Assembly: GCF_020745735.1 (NCBI RefSeq)
Contig: NC_083428.1
Coordinates: 29,202,001 to 29,266,000 of the forward strand
From: Hemiscyllium ocellatum
Taxonomy: Eukaryota
DNA length: 64,000 nt
Reading direction: 5' to 3'
The position numbers and the translations under genes were made by a program. Numbering within the stretch: position 1 is the first letter of the stretch; the number at the start of each line of letters is the position of its first letter. Below are positions 25,386 to 38,065 of the stretch, piece after piece. The notes beneath the pieces are model-generated. The model was not told where the DNA came from and searched no databases. It saw only the letters and a list, made by a program, of their open reading frames with translations.

Positions 25386-25616
25386 GTAGAGATAATATAT
25401 ATTAAAAAAAGGTCCGAACAGGACCTGTAGGGGGGAGTAGCCAATTGAACACCGTACCATGGTACAGAAGACCGTTCAAGAGGGGGGAGCAAAAAGACAA
25501 GTGATAGCTGTAGGGCAGTCTATAGTTAGGGGAATAGGTAGTATCCTTTGCAAGCAGGATCAAGAATCCTGCATGGTATGTTGCCTGCCCAATATCTCTG
25601 ACCAACTTGAAAGGAT

Positions 25617-26327
25617 GTAGTGGTTCTGTTCGCCGAGCTGGAAGTTTTTGTTGCAAACGTTTCGTCCCCTGGCTAGGAGACATCATCAGTGCTCTGGAGC
25701 CTCCTACGAAGCGCTTCTTTGATGTTTCTTCCGGCATTTATAGTGGTCTGTCCTTGCCGCTTCCGGGTGTCAGTTTCAGCTGTCCGCTGTAGTGATTGGT
25801 ATATTGGGTCCAGGTCAATGCGTCTGTTGATGGAGTTTGTGGATGAATGCCATGCCTCTAGGAATTACCTGGCTGTTCTCTGTCTGGCTTGCCCTATGAT
25901 AGTAGTGTTTTCCCAGTCGAATTCATGTTGCTTGTTGTCTGAGTGTGTGGCTACTAGGGATAACAAGCAACAAGCAACATGAATTCGACTGGGAAAACAC
26001 TACTATCATAGGGCAAGCCAGACAGAGAACAGCCAGGGAATTCCTAGAGGCATGGCATTCATCCACAAACTCCATCAACAGACGCATCGACCTGGACCCA
26101 ATATACCAATCACTACAGCGGACAGCTGAAACTGACACCCGGAAGCGGCAAGGACAGACCACTATAAATGCCGGAAGAAACATCCAAAGAAGCGCTTCGT
26201 AGGAGGCTCCAGAGCACTGATGATGTCTCCTAGCCAGGGGACGAAACGTTTGCAACAAAAACTTCCAGCTCGGCGAACAGAACCACTACAACAAGCACCC
26301 GAGCTACAAATCTTCGCACAAACTTTG
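25617..26327. mobile_element. Young fold-back Penelope-like insertion (family B): GIY-YIG C-terminal remnant plus inverted pLTRs
   Basis: 13-bp TSD aacttgaaaggat (25604-25616, 26328-26340); arms 25616-25937 and 25968-26290; ORF HEFDWENTTIIGQARQRTAREFLEAWHS..NSINRRIDL is a PLE endonuclease C-terminus. Confidence 0.9.
26214..26253 (+). ncRNA. Minimal type-I hammerhead ribozyme motif (family B); mirror copy on minus strand at 25653-25692
   Basis: GCA-CTGATGA-T-GTCTCCT-AGCC-AGGGGAC-GAAA-CGT-T-TGC: intact core, 7-bp stem II, stem I GCA/TGC, predicted GUU cleavage after 26250. Confidence 0.75.
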
Positions 26328-29300
26328 AACTTGAAAGGATATTGGAGAGGGAGGGGGAGGATCCAGTTGTTGTAGTCCACACCAGAGCAAACAACATAAG
26401 CAAAACTGGGAAAGAGGATCAGTTCAGGGATTATCAGGAGCTAGGAGCCAAATTAAAGAAAAGGATTATAATCTCTGGATTACTATCCTTGCCACTTACA
26501 ATTTGGCATAACAACATGAGAATAAGGGAAGTAAACATGTGGTTCAAAGAGTGGTGTGGAAAAGAGAAGTTCCTTTCTCACGGGGCACTGGAATCAGTAT
26601 TGGAACAGGAGGGATCTGTACCACTGGGAGGGTCTACACCTGAACTAAGCTGGGACCAATGTTCTAATGAAAAGCGTAGATAGGCTGGTCAACAAGACTA
26701 AGCTAGAAAGTTGGTGGGGCAGGGATAAAATTTCCCCCAGTGGGAGAGACAAAGCAGCAGGTTAACATCTGTAGGGGTGGTTACAACTGGGTGGAAAAAT
26801 ATGAAAGAAATGACAGGGAAAGAGAACATGAGAGGTTATTAAAGTTTCCAGCACACAGACAAATGGGACACATTGTCTTGAAAGAGTTAGCAATCAAACT
26901 TCAAGCACACTGAACAACGAATGAGAATGAGGACAGGAATTGTTAATAAAGGACTAAAGGTGGTACATCTGATTGCACGCAGTATAAGGAATAAAGTAAA
27001 TGAGCTTGTGCAGACTGAAATTGGCATGTATGACATAGGCATCACAGAGGCATGATTGCAAGGGGATCAGTATTGGAAGCTGAACATCCAAGGATATACA
27101 TCTTACTGAAAAGAGCCAGATGGTTGGAGGGGGTGGGTCTGCCTTATAAGTAAGAAATGAAGTGGGATCAGATGGTGTAGAATTGAGGAACTGCAATGGT
27201 AAAAACGTCATAGATGGGATTATGTACGGGCCTCCAATAGTAGTCAGGGGCTGGGGTGCAAGATACACCAGAAGATAGAAACGATGTGTAGGAAAGGTGA
27301 TATTGCAGTGATCATGGGGGATTTTAATGGATTGCAAAAATCAGGTTGGTAGTAGATCGCAAGAAAAGGAATTTATAGACTGTCTACAAGATTGCTTTTT
27401 TGGAGCAGCTTGGGATAGAGCCCAATAGAGAACAGGCAATACTGAATTTGTGCAATGAAGCAGACTTGATGAGGGAGCTTAAGATGAAGAAACCCTTAGG
27501 AGGCAGTGGTCATAATATGATTGAAATTACTGTGTATTTTCAGAGGGAGAAGATAAGAGTCAGAGAAAATGGTATTACAGCTAAATAAAGGCAACTACAG
27601 AGGGAGGACCTGGGCAGAATTGACTAAGAGAGGAGCCTAGCAGGAAAGACAGTGGAACAGCAATGGCAGGAGTTTCTGGAAGTAGTTCAGGAGACACAGC
27701 AAAAATTCCTCCCTAGAAAAAGGAAGCATGGTACAGGGAGGAACATAAAAGCAAAAGAGAAAGCATATAACATGGCAAAGGGCAGTGGGAAACCAGAGGG
27801 ATTGGGAAGCTTACAAAGACCAATAGGGGGCAACAAAAATGGAAATAACAAGGGAGAAGATTAAACATAAGGGTAAGCCATTCAGTAATTTAAAGGACGA
27901 AGTAAGAGTTTCTTTAGATACGTAAAGAGAGACAAAAGTGGACATTAGACTGCTGGAAAATTATGTTGGAGAGATAATGGTGGAGAAACAAGGAAATGGC
28001 TGAGGAACTGAATAATTACTTCACATCAGTCTTCACGGTAAAAGACACGAATAATACCCCAAACATTTGAGAGAGAAGGGGGCAGAGCTGAGTATGGTGG
28101 CCATCACCGAGGAGAAGGTGCTAGAGAAACTGAAAAATCTGAAAGTGAATAAACCACCTGGACAAGATGGACAACACCCCAGAGTTCTAAAAGAGATAGC
28201 TGAGGAGATAATGGAGGCATTCGTGATCTTTCAGGAATCTCTAGAGTGAGGGAAAGTCCCAGAGGACTGGAAAATTACTAATGTGACACCCTTGTTTAAA
28301 AAGCGAGTAAGGCAAAAGGCAGAAAATTACGGACCGATTAGCCTACCCTCGGCCATGATAAGATTTTGGAATCCATTGTGAAGGATGAGATTTCTGAATA
28401 CTTGGAAGTTTATGGGGCGAAGTCAGCATGGTTTCACCATGGGCCGATCTTGCCTGACAAATCTGCTACAATTCTTTGAGGAGGTAATGAGCAGGTTAGA
28501 CCACGGAGACCCAATGAATGTTATCTACCTGGACTTCAAGAAGGCCTTTGACAAGGTGCCGCACAGGAAGTTGCTGAGTAAGACAAGAGGCCAAGGTGTT
28601 AGAGGCAAGGTGCGTGCATGGATACAAGATTGGCTGTCTGGAAAAAAGCAGAGAGTGGGGATACAAAGTTCTTTCTCAGAATGGCAGCTGGTGACAAGTT
28701 GTGTTCTGCAAGGTTCAGTGTTGAGACCACAACTTTTCACTTTATACATTAATGTTTGAGATGAATGAACTGAGGGCATTTTGGCCATGTTTGCAGATGA
28801 TAAAAAGATAGTAGAGGGACAGGTAGTATTAAGGAGGTGGGGAGACTGCAGAAGGATTTGGACAGGTTAGGAGAGTGGGCAAAAAAGTGGCAGATGTGGG
28901 AAAGTGTAAAGTCATGCACTTTGGTAAGAAAAATAAGACATGGACTATTTTCTAAATATTCAGAAGTCTGAAGTGTAAGGAGACTTCGGAGTTCTAGTCC
29001 AGGATTCTCTCAAGGTAAACTTACAGGTTGGGTCAGTAGTTAGGAAGGCAAGCACAACGTTAGCATTTATTTTGAGAGGACTTGAATATAAAAACAGGGA
29101 TGTACTTCTGAGGTTCCACAAGGCTCTGGTCAGACCACATTTAGAGTATTGTGCACAGGTATGGGCCCTATATCTCATGAGGGATGTACTGGCCCTGGAG
29201 CTGGTTCAGAAAAGGTTCATGAGAATGGACTCAGGAATGAAAAACTTTACATGTGAGGAATGTTTGAGGATTCTAGGACTACACTTGATGAAGTTTAGAA

Positions 29301-30326
29301 GCACATGGGGTATCTAATTGAAATTTACAGAATACTGAATGGCCTGGACAGAATGGATTTCAGGAAGATGTTTCCATTGGTAGAAGAGATTGGGACCAGA
29401 GGGTACAGCCTTAATGTATAGGGAAGACCTCTTAGAATGGAGATAAGGAGAAACTTCTTCTGCCAGAGTCTATGCAATTCACTGCCACAGAAGGCTGTGG
29501 AGGCCAGATCACTGAGTACATTTAAGACTGAGATATACAGGTTCATGAATGTCAAGGGGATCAAGGGTTACATGGATAAAGTGGGAGATTGGGGTTCAGA
29601 AGCTTTATCAGCCACGATTGAATAATGCAACAGACATGATGGGCTGAATGGCCTACCTTCTGCTCCTATGTCTTATGGTCTTATGGGCAGTAAAGCCACA
29701 AAATTTTGCATCCAATTACCTGATGCAGAAGGTTGCTCAAGTCTTCACTGAATAAATCCAATCTAGTCAATTACCACCCCACAGCATCTCATCATCAACA
29801 CTACAACAATAACTGCAACACTGCAACTCAGCTTGGGATCCTTTAGGGCTGCTTGGCGCTTGACGTTATTACAATCTTGATCCAAATGTTACAAAGCCAA
29901 ATTGCTGAGGTGGATGGGATGGGGGATTGTTTGCAGGTCTTTTAGAGATCTAAGAGTCCAATGCTCTCTGTCCCTTCAGTTCTGTGATAAACTGCTGCTT
30001 AGAACGTCATCAAAACCTGCCGCTGGGCAGTTTCTGCTTTTCTCAACCCAGACACTTGGTGTCAATTTATCTCACAAAAAGTGTCAATCTAGCTTCTTCC
30101 AAAACTTGGGTACTCTTGATCAATCAACAATTAAACAATTCCATTTTTTATCAAACTTTTATGTTAAAGGAAGGAATCCAATCTTGCATTTCCAGTTTAT
30201 ATTTCCAATTAAATACTTACATCCTTCTCAAAAACTATTGCAACAGGAATTTCTCAGAAGTAGCATCCTCCTTCATCTGCTTCGACAATCTTTTGTCATC
30301 CTAAAGGTCAGAAATGATGTTCATTA

Positions 30327-31524
30327 ATAACTCACAAACTTGACTGAGTTCTTTGAAGAAGTAACAAAGACGATTGATGAGGGCAGAGTGGTAAATGTGA
30401 TCTATATGGACTTCAGTAAGGCAAAGTACCCCATGGCAAACTGATTAGCAACGTTAGATCTCACTGAATAAAGGGAGAACTAGCCATTGGGATACAGAAC
30501 TGGCTCAAAGGTAGAAGACAGAGGGTGGTGGTGAAGGATTGTTTTTCAGACTGGAGGCCTGTTACCAGTGGAGTGCCACAAGGGTCGGTGCTGGGTTCTC
30601 TACTTTTTGTCATTCACATAAATGATTTGGATGCGAGCATAAGAGGTAACTGTCCCAGCCGATTCAGCCTCTCTCTATAGCTCAAATCCTCCAACCCCGG
30701 CAACACTCTTGTAAATTTTTTTCTGAACCCTTCAAAGTTTCACAATATCCTATTTTGAACAACTCTAGTTTGTACTTGAAGGCAGCAACAATTTGCTTGA
30801 CAAAACACTTTGACATCCTATCTGGTGTCCTGGCAAAACTTATACACTTAATGGTAAGGTCTTGGGGCATGTTGCTGGACAAAGAAACCTTGGAGTTCAG
30901 ATTCATATTTCCTTGACAGTAGAGTCCCAGGTAGACAGGATAATGAAGAAGTTGTGCTTGGTATGTTTGCCTTAATGGTGTGCATTGTGCACAGGAGTTG
31001 GGAGGTCATGTTGCGGCTGTACAGGATATTGATTAGGCAACTTTTAGAATACTGCATGCAATTCTTGTTTCTCTCCTATAGAAAGGATGTTGTGAAACTT
31101 AAAAGGGTTCAGAAAAGATTTACAAGGATGCTGTCAGGTTTGGAGCTATAGGGAGACGCTGAATAGGCTGCGGCTACTTTCCCTGGAGCTGAGGGGTAAC
31201 CTTAAAGGGGTTTAATTAAATCATGAGGGCATGGATAAGGTAAATAGACAAGATCTTTTCACAGGGTAGGGGAAGTCTAAAGCTAGAGGGCATTTTTTTT
31301 TCACACAGAGGGTGTGTATGTACAGAATAAGATTCTGGAGGAAGTGAAGGCTGGTACAATTTACAACATTTAAAAGGCATCTGGATGTGTACATGAATCA
31401 GAAGGGTTGAGAGGGATATAGGCCAAATGCTGGCAAATGGGATTAACTTTATTTAGGATATCTGGTCAGCATGGACGAGTTGGATTGAACGGTCTGTTTC
31501 CATTCTGTACAATTCTATGACTCT
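30327..31524 (+). mobile_element. CR1 LINE 3' fragment with internal rearrangement
   Basis: RT motifs; inverted CR1 piece at ~30650-30755. Confidence 0.85.
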
Positions 31525-34500
31525 TCCTAGCACAAGTACAGACATTTATATAAATAATCTGATCCAAATACTCTTGTCATGTTCTGGCTTTAATTTATTA
31601 AAATGCTTTAATTATTCTAACAGTAGAGAGGGAATATGTGATTTAAAATCAATAAGCCAGCAGTGATCATTTAAATCTAATTAAAACTACTACAAAGCAA
31701 AATTTATACACGAAATACAGTCTTATCCATAATTACCAGTCAGAAATTTTTTAACATTTTTAGCCAATAGAGAAACACCAACATTTTAAAAATAGACATT
31801 ATTTTATTAAGGTTTCAATGCATTTTCATCTATTTACAAAAACAAAATCTTCTCACTCAAACCATAATCCCAGTGCATACCTTCCCCTTTCCTATCTATC
31901 TCTATCTCAAATGTAAACTATTTCCATTCCTCCTCTATCTGGTTAATTTCTTCATGTAACTTCACTCCACACTCATCCATTTGAGCTTAATAACCTATCT
32001 AGGCCATGTGACATTTCTGTCTTTGTTCAGGTTTTACTCTAGTTGGGAGATTATACACAGATCCCACAAGTTTCGTATGCCGTAGAATCAGAGATTTAAT
32101 GCAATTCATGTACTCCCAACACAGCCAGCAAACTGCTGGTCATGCAACAGACACAGCAGATTGAGGGTAAAGGAGGTTTTATTGGGCTCAGTCAAACTGA
32201 ATTTGCAAGCAGATTAGTTCAGGAATGAAAAAAAACTTTTGTATGCTGTTTTAAAGCAGAACTTGATAGCTATAGCAATGCATTGCATCTAACTTAAAAA
32301 TTATAATGTTCTCAACTCAGCCATACAAGTAATTCCACTGTTAGGTTAACTATTATCCAACCAAAAGCTCTTGTAGAAACTTGGCAAGGTTTTACTCCTT
32401 AGGTAGTCCGTGCAGAGGCAGTTGTAGTAATTGCTGAGTTTGACTGTGTTTTCCACTCCTTTTCAGCAACGTTATTTTTCAATGAGTATTCTGAGGTTAC
32501 ATTCATACTCCACATCCATTACATCTCAATCACTCTCATTAGTGAGTTACTCTTGGTGATCAATAGTAAATGAATAAACTTAGTGAGCACTCCTATCCCA
32601 TTCAGTACAGAAATTAAGAACAGCATCAGGATTTCCAAAGTTCCTCCTTACACCCTCAGTGGTACATTTTTCAGCTAAGACTGAAAAAGAACCAGCTGTA
32701 CCACACTTCATGCCTCTGCTGCTAAGATGGGGAGGGAAATCATTCACAGCTCTGCTTAGGACCTATGTCTGGTAATCCCTGCTCTAAAGTGTGCATGTGG
32801 ATGTGAGGCAGGAACAGAATTGGCAGTGGAGTGGCCAGAAGGTTCTCTGCATTCCAAAGGGCCACAACCCTCCCCAAGTCTCAAGAAACGAGATACCAGT
32901 TTGAGCTATTGAAGGGTAACTGGCAAGTTTGGAACTGTACCCCAAGGAATATTTGTGCCACAGGAATGTGTACCCCAGCATTGGGGAACTGTAACTCAGT
33001 GTCAGGTAGCACTTTCATGAGTGGACAGGGAGTGAAAAAGAGGGTTATTTAAAAAGAAAATATGATTGAAATGTTAATTTCCTCTCATTAAGTCACCTGA
33101 ATTTCCACATCTCAGAAAAGTTGCAAATCCACACTGAAATCCAGAATCTGATAGCTTCAAAAGAAAGTCTATCCATATAATGAGAACCACTGTACGTAAC
33201 AATTAAGCATTACTCCAAAAACAGACATGTGTACTCTGATGAAAACCTGTTTTTCTCCTTTGTGTGTGTGAACATTCAATTCCAGGATTTATTAGAAGTC
33301 AAAAGATAAACCAAGCATTGCCAAAAACATCTTCAATTTTATTGATTCAGGCAATCTTACAAAAAAAAAACATACAGTTCAGTTCAAGAAATACAAGGAG
33401 CAGTTTCTCTGTACATCTAAGCTGGTAAGAGGAGCAACAGGTTTCTCTGGAAGGAATGTGGTCACCTTTAACACGATGCAAAGTCCTTTAATACTCAAAG
33501 CAAAAACTTCATCTTGGCTTAGTTGACAGGGAGAGGCAATGATTCAGATGAATACTTTAAGGAAGACAGAGGAATCTGAAAGAGAAAAGAAACAATTCAT
33601 AATTTATTTTAAGATGAAGGTCAAACATAGCAGTTTAGATGCCAGTCAGATACAGCTTGATCAGATTCTAACTGTGTAAGATACATCTGGATTAGATAAA
33701 GAAATTATAGAAATCTTTAAAACTACATCAGAAAAAAAAAATTTTTGATTAGACTGACTAATGCCCACAAAACACGAAGAAAGACATGAAAGGTATTTGA
33801 TGACTCTGTCCTTGTCTGATGTAATTAGACAAACATCTTCCTGCAGGAAGTTATTACAACAATAATTCACATTTACATTATCTTTAACAAAGTAAAACTT
33901 CCCAAAAACTAACACAAAGCCTAAGAAGGACAGATGACCTAAAGTCTGGTTCGTAATAAAAATTTCAATGAACATAGAACATTGCAGCACAGGATCAGGC
34001 CCTTTGGCCCACCATGTCTGTGTTGACCACCATGCCATTCGAAATTAATCCCATCAGCATGTATATGGTCCAGATCCCTCTACTCTCTGCCTGGTCATGT
34101 CTAAATGCTTCTTAAACTTTGCTCATGTATCTGCTTCTACATCCTCCCATGGCAACGTGTACCAGGCACCTTCCTTCCTGTGTAAAAAAAAAATTCCTCA
34201 GACATCTCCTTTAACAGAAGAGAAAGACAGATGGTGAGAAAGAAATGGATAGGCATTCAAGTCCAGAGATTGGATAGTTGAAGGCACAACCTCCTATGGT
34301 GAGGCACATGAAGTTGAAGATCATGCTAAAGGTCAGAATTGGAGGAAAACAAATTGCCAGAGGTTTGTAGGTCTGGAAGAAGTTAGGAGATTTGAACACA
34401 AGGATGAGAATTTTCAAATCATGGACTTGCCATTACCATTTAGTGAACACACAGCAAGACGTAAATGGGACTTGGTGTAAGTTAGGTTATGAGCATCAAG

Positions 34501-34849
34501 GTTTAGGAATAAGCTAACATTTATGTAGGGTAGAACATGAGAGACTGAAGAATGGAATAGTTGATTTTGAAGCTAACCATGCTGACCAAAATGTCCACCT
34601 ACACTAACACCATTTCTCTGCACTTGGCCCATATCCTTCTAAACCTTTCCTATCCACTTATTGAGGGCTTTAACAGCAGACAGGCAAAGGTGAGGATAGA
34701 GTGGGGTCATTTTACAAAGTGGAAGGAGGTGATGTTAGTAATGTAGAGGATATGGGGTTGGAAGCATAACTCACTCAGGATATCAAAGTAGCAAGTATCT
34801 TCATACATTGCCAGGGAAGGAAATGGGAGGAAATTTTCTGAAAAGGTAA

Positions 34850-35131
34850 TTAGATTAGATTCCGTACAGGCCCTTCAGCCCAACCAGTCCACACCGACCC
34901 TCCAAAGAGTAACCCACCCAGACCCATTTCCCTCTGACTAATGCACCTAACACTATGGACAATTTAACACGGACAATTCACCTGACCTGCACATCTTTGG
35001 ACTGTGGAAGGAAACCCACGCAGGCATGGGGAGAATGTGAAAACTCCAGACAGATGGTTGCCCGAGGTGGAATCGAACCTGGGACCCTGGTGCTGTGAGA
35101 CAGCAGTGCTAACCACTGTGTCACCGTGCCG
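34850..35131 (-). mobile_element. HE1-type SINE
   Basis: Same family, (tagat)n tail. Confidence 0.9.
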
Positions 35132-35230
35132 TGATTTGTGACATAAGTCAAAGACCAATTGCTCTAATATTGCTAATAGTTATCTACAGGAAATGTTGGC
35201 TCACCAGGATAACTGTCAAGTAACCTGAGC

Positions 35231-36385
35231 CATAGAGTTCTACGGCATGGAAACAGGCCTTATGGCTAAAACCATGCTGACCAAAATGTCCACCTACACT
35301 AACACCATTTCTCTGCACTTGGCCCATATCCTTCTAAACCTTTCCTATCCACGCATTTGTCCAAACGTCATTTAGATGCTGTTAATGTGCCCACCTCAAA
35401 AACTTCTGCCAGCAGCTCGCTCCATATGCGTAACAGCCCTCTGTGTAAAAAAAAAGTTGCCCCTCAGGTTCCTTTTTATCCTTTCCCCTCTAACCTTAAA
35501 CTGATACCCTCTAGTCCTCAATATCCCAACCCTGGAAAAAAGACTGAGTGCATTCAGCCTATCCATGCCCGTCATGATCTTACACACTTTTCTAAGACCC
35601 TCCCTCAGTCCCTATGCTGTAAAGAAAGATGTCCTAGCTTGTCCAATCTCTCCCTATAACTCAAACTGTTGAGTCCTGGCAACTTCCTTGTAAATTTCTT
35701 CTGCACTCTTTACAATTTAATAACATCCTTACTATAGGAAGGTGACCAAAACTGAACACAATACTCCAACTGTGGCCTCACCAACATCCCGTACAACTGC
35801 AACATAACTTCCCAATTTCTCTTCTCAATGCCCTGACTAATGAAGGCCAGGCTGCCAAAAGCCTTCTTTACCGCCCTGTCTGACTTCAGAAAACCATGCA
35901 CCTGAACTCAAAGGTCCCTCTGTTCCACAACATTCTTTAAGGCCCTATCACTCACCATGAAACTCCTAATTTGATTTGACTTTCCAAAATGCGAGACCTC
36001 ACATGCATCTATATTAAACTCCAATGGCTATTTCTCAGCCCATTTCCCCAGCTGATCAAGGTCCTCCTGCAATTTCTGATAACCTTCCTTACTGTCCACG
36101 ATGCTGCCTATTTTAGTGTCATCAGCAAACTTACTAATCATGTCTTATACCTTTTCATCCAAATCAGTAATACAGATGACAAACAGCAATGTATCTACGA
36201 CCGACCCTTGCAGCACTTCAATAACCATGGCTTCCAGTCCGACATGCATCCTTTCACTATTACCCTCTGCTTCCCACCATCAAGCCAATTGTGTATCTAA
36301 TTTACCAGCTGCCCCTGGATTCTATGCGATCTAACCTTCCAGAGCAGCCCACCATGTGGAACCTTGTCAAAGGCCTTCCTGAAGT
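35231..36385 (-). mobile_element. CR1 LINE 3' fragment inside an L2
   Basis: LEYCVQFWSP and KAFDKVPH motifs. Confidence 0.9.
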
Positions 36386-37569
36386 GCACACAGATAGTGG
36401 AGAGGTAGAGAAAGATAGTGGTGAGTTGGCCTATGGCCAGTGTTGATGTGGGAGCTGATATCATGTTTTGAATGCTGTCACTTAGTGGCAATCTATAGAG
36501 GAGAAATAGGAGCCAAGATATATCCATTGAAGTCTTCAGAAAAAATAGTGAAGAGACACAGAGATATATTGATGGAAATTGTCTAGTCAAGATCAGATAA
36601 AGATTGTCTAGGCATTGTCCCTCAGCTGGACAATGGAGGAGAAGCGTTAGAGAAAGATGGTCACATTCAACTGTATTAGAGAGTCTTGGTAGCAATCAAG
36701 AGGAGAATCTCTGACTGATTTCTTTTCTTTCCCTATTGTGATTATGCTGGCTGAATTCTAATGGCCAGCTATGAAAAGTTAGTTGCACGATTAGGAGTGG
36801 AACCTGATACCAGATATTTCTTGTTTGTAGCCATCAATGAACAAACACACTGAGCTATCGGGAAATACAGCAGTCACGTCTTCATTGTTGAGTTTGTGAC
36901 AAGAAAAATAAATTCCTTTCTTATATGTGGTCAGCCATGGTGCTGCAAAGTAACTAGCGCAACGATTACAACAAAGAGGGAGCAGAAAATGGATTTGGAG
37001 ATTTGCGAGATAATTACAAGATCACTGTTGTACTGATCCTAACAGAATAATCTTAAAATTATGCTTTAACTTTTGGATATAAACCAAATCATATAAATAA
37101 GTTCGACCTTCTGAAACTGCTCAATACATGTAATGTATGTAAATCAAAATTAGGCAAATTATAAAACTAAATTTTCTTTTAACCGGTGGTCAAATCTTTA
37201 TTTAAGTACAAAACTCACTACTGACTCAGTAATAAACACCACTACAATGTACTATTGTACACAGACACGTTAACTTATTGGATACTGTACATATCTGAAA
37301 TAGTACAAAACCATCAAAATATTATTATGCTAGTAAACTATTTGTGCTATTAGCTGTAATCAGTTAATGAAACTTCCTTTTCATAAAAGTAAGTTACCAA
37401 TAGTTTTGAGACTCCAGCAATTCTTAATACACAGACACTTAGTGGTCATAACTTTCAACATCATTGTGACAGTTGATATAGTAAAATTGAATAGGTGAGG
37501 TTATTACAGAATTCGGATTGATAAGTGTTCATACCAAAGCATGCTCATAAATTATGACAAAACAAAATG

Positions 37570-38065
37570 CATAAGGTGGCATTTAGTACGTTCCTTTATT
37601 GGTCAGAGAATTGAGTATAGGAGTTGAGAGTTCATGTTGCGGATGTACAGGACTTTGGTTAGGCCACTTCCAGAGATGTTTGGACTGTTTTGAGAGAAGA
37701 ATTAATGAAGACATTCAAAATCACGAAGGGTTTGAACAGAATAGTTGGGAAAATGGATTCCTACCAGTGGCAGGATCGAGCTCAAGAGAGTACAGGTATA
37801 AGGAAATTGGCAAAACAAGCTAAGAAAATTGAGGAAAAACTTTTTCACCCAGCAAGTAGTTAGTGTCTGGAATGCATTGCCCGAGAAAGTGGTGCAGGCA
37901 GGTTCAATTAAGGAAATTAAGTGGAATTGGATTATTATTGAAAAGGAAGATGATACAGGGCTATGGGGAGAAGGATCAAGATTGGCATTAGATGCACTGT
38001 TCATTCAGAAAGCAGGCGCAGACATGATAGGCCAAATGGCCTCTTTCTGTACTGTAACAAAGCTG
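37570..38065 (+). mobile_element. CR1 LINE 3' fragment
   Basis: RKNFFTQQVVSVWNALPEKVV motif. Confidence 0.8.

Larger units (their letters stand above)
25060..29685 (+). mobile_element. Near full-length decayed CR1 LINE (ORF1 SGNH-esterase-like remnant; ORF2 APE plus RT)
   Basis: VGQSIVRG..VCCLP / VVVVHTRANN (esterase), IMGDFN, DFKKAFDKVPH, FADD; tatggtcttatg tail. Confidence 0.9.

Noticed and set aside
29902-30327. 141-aa plus-strand ORF
   Set aside because: No recognisable motif; splice signals in this region are on the opposite strand
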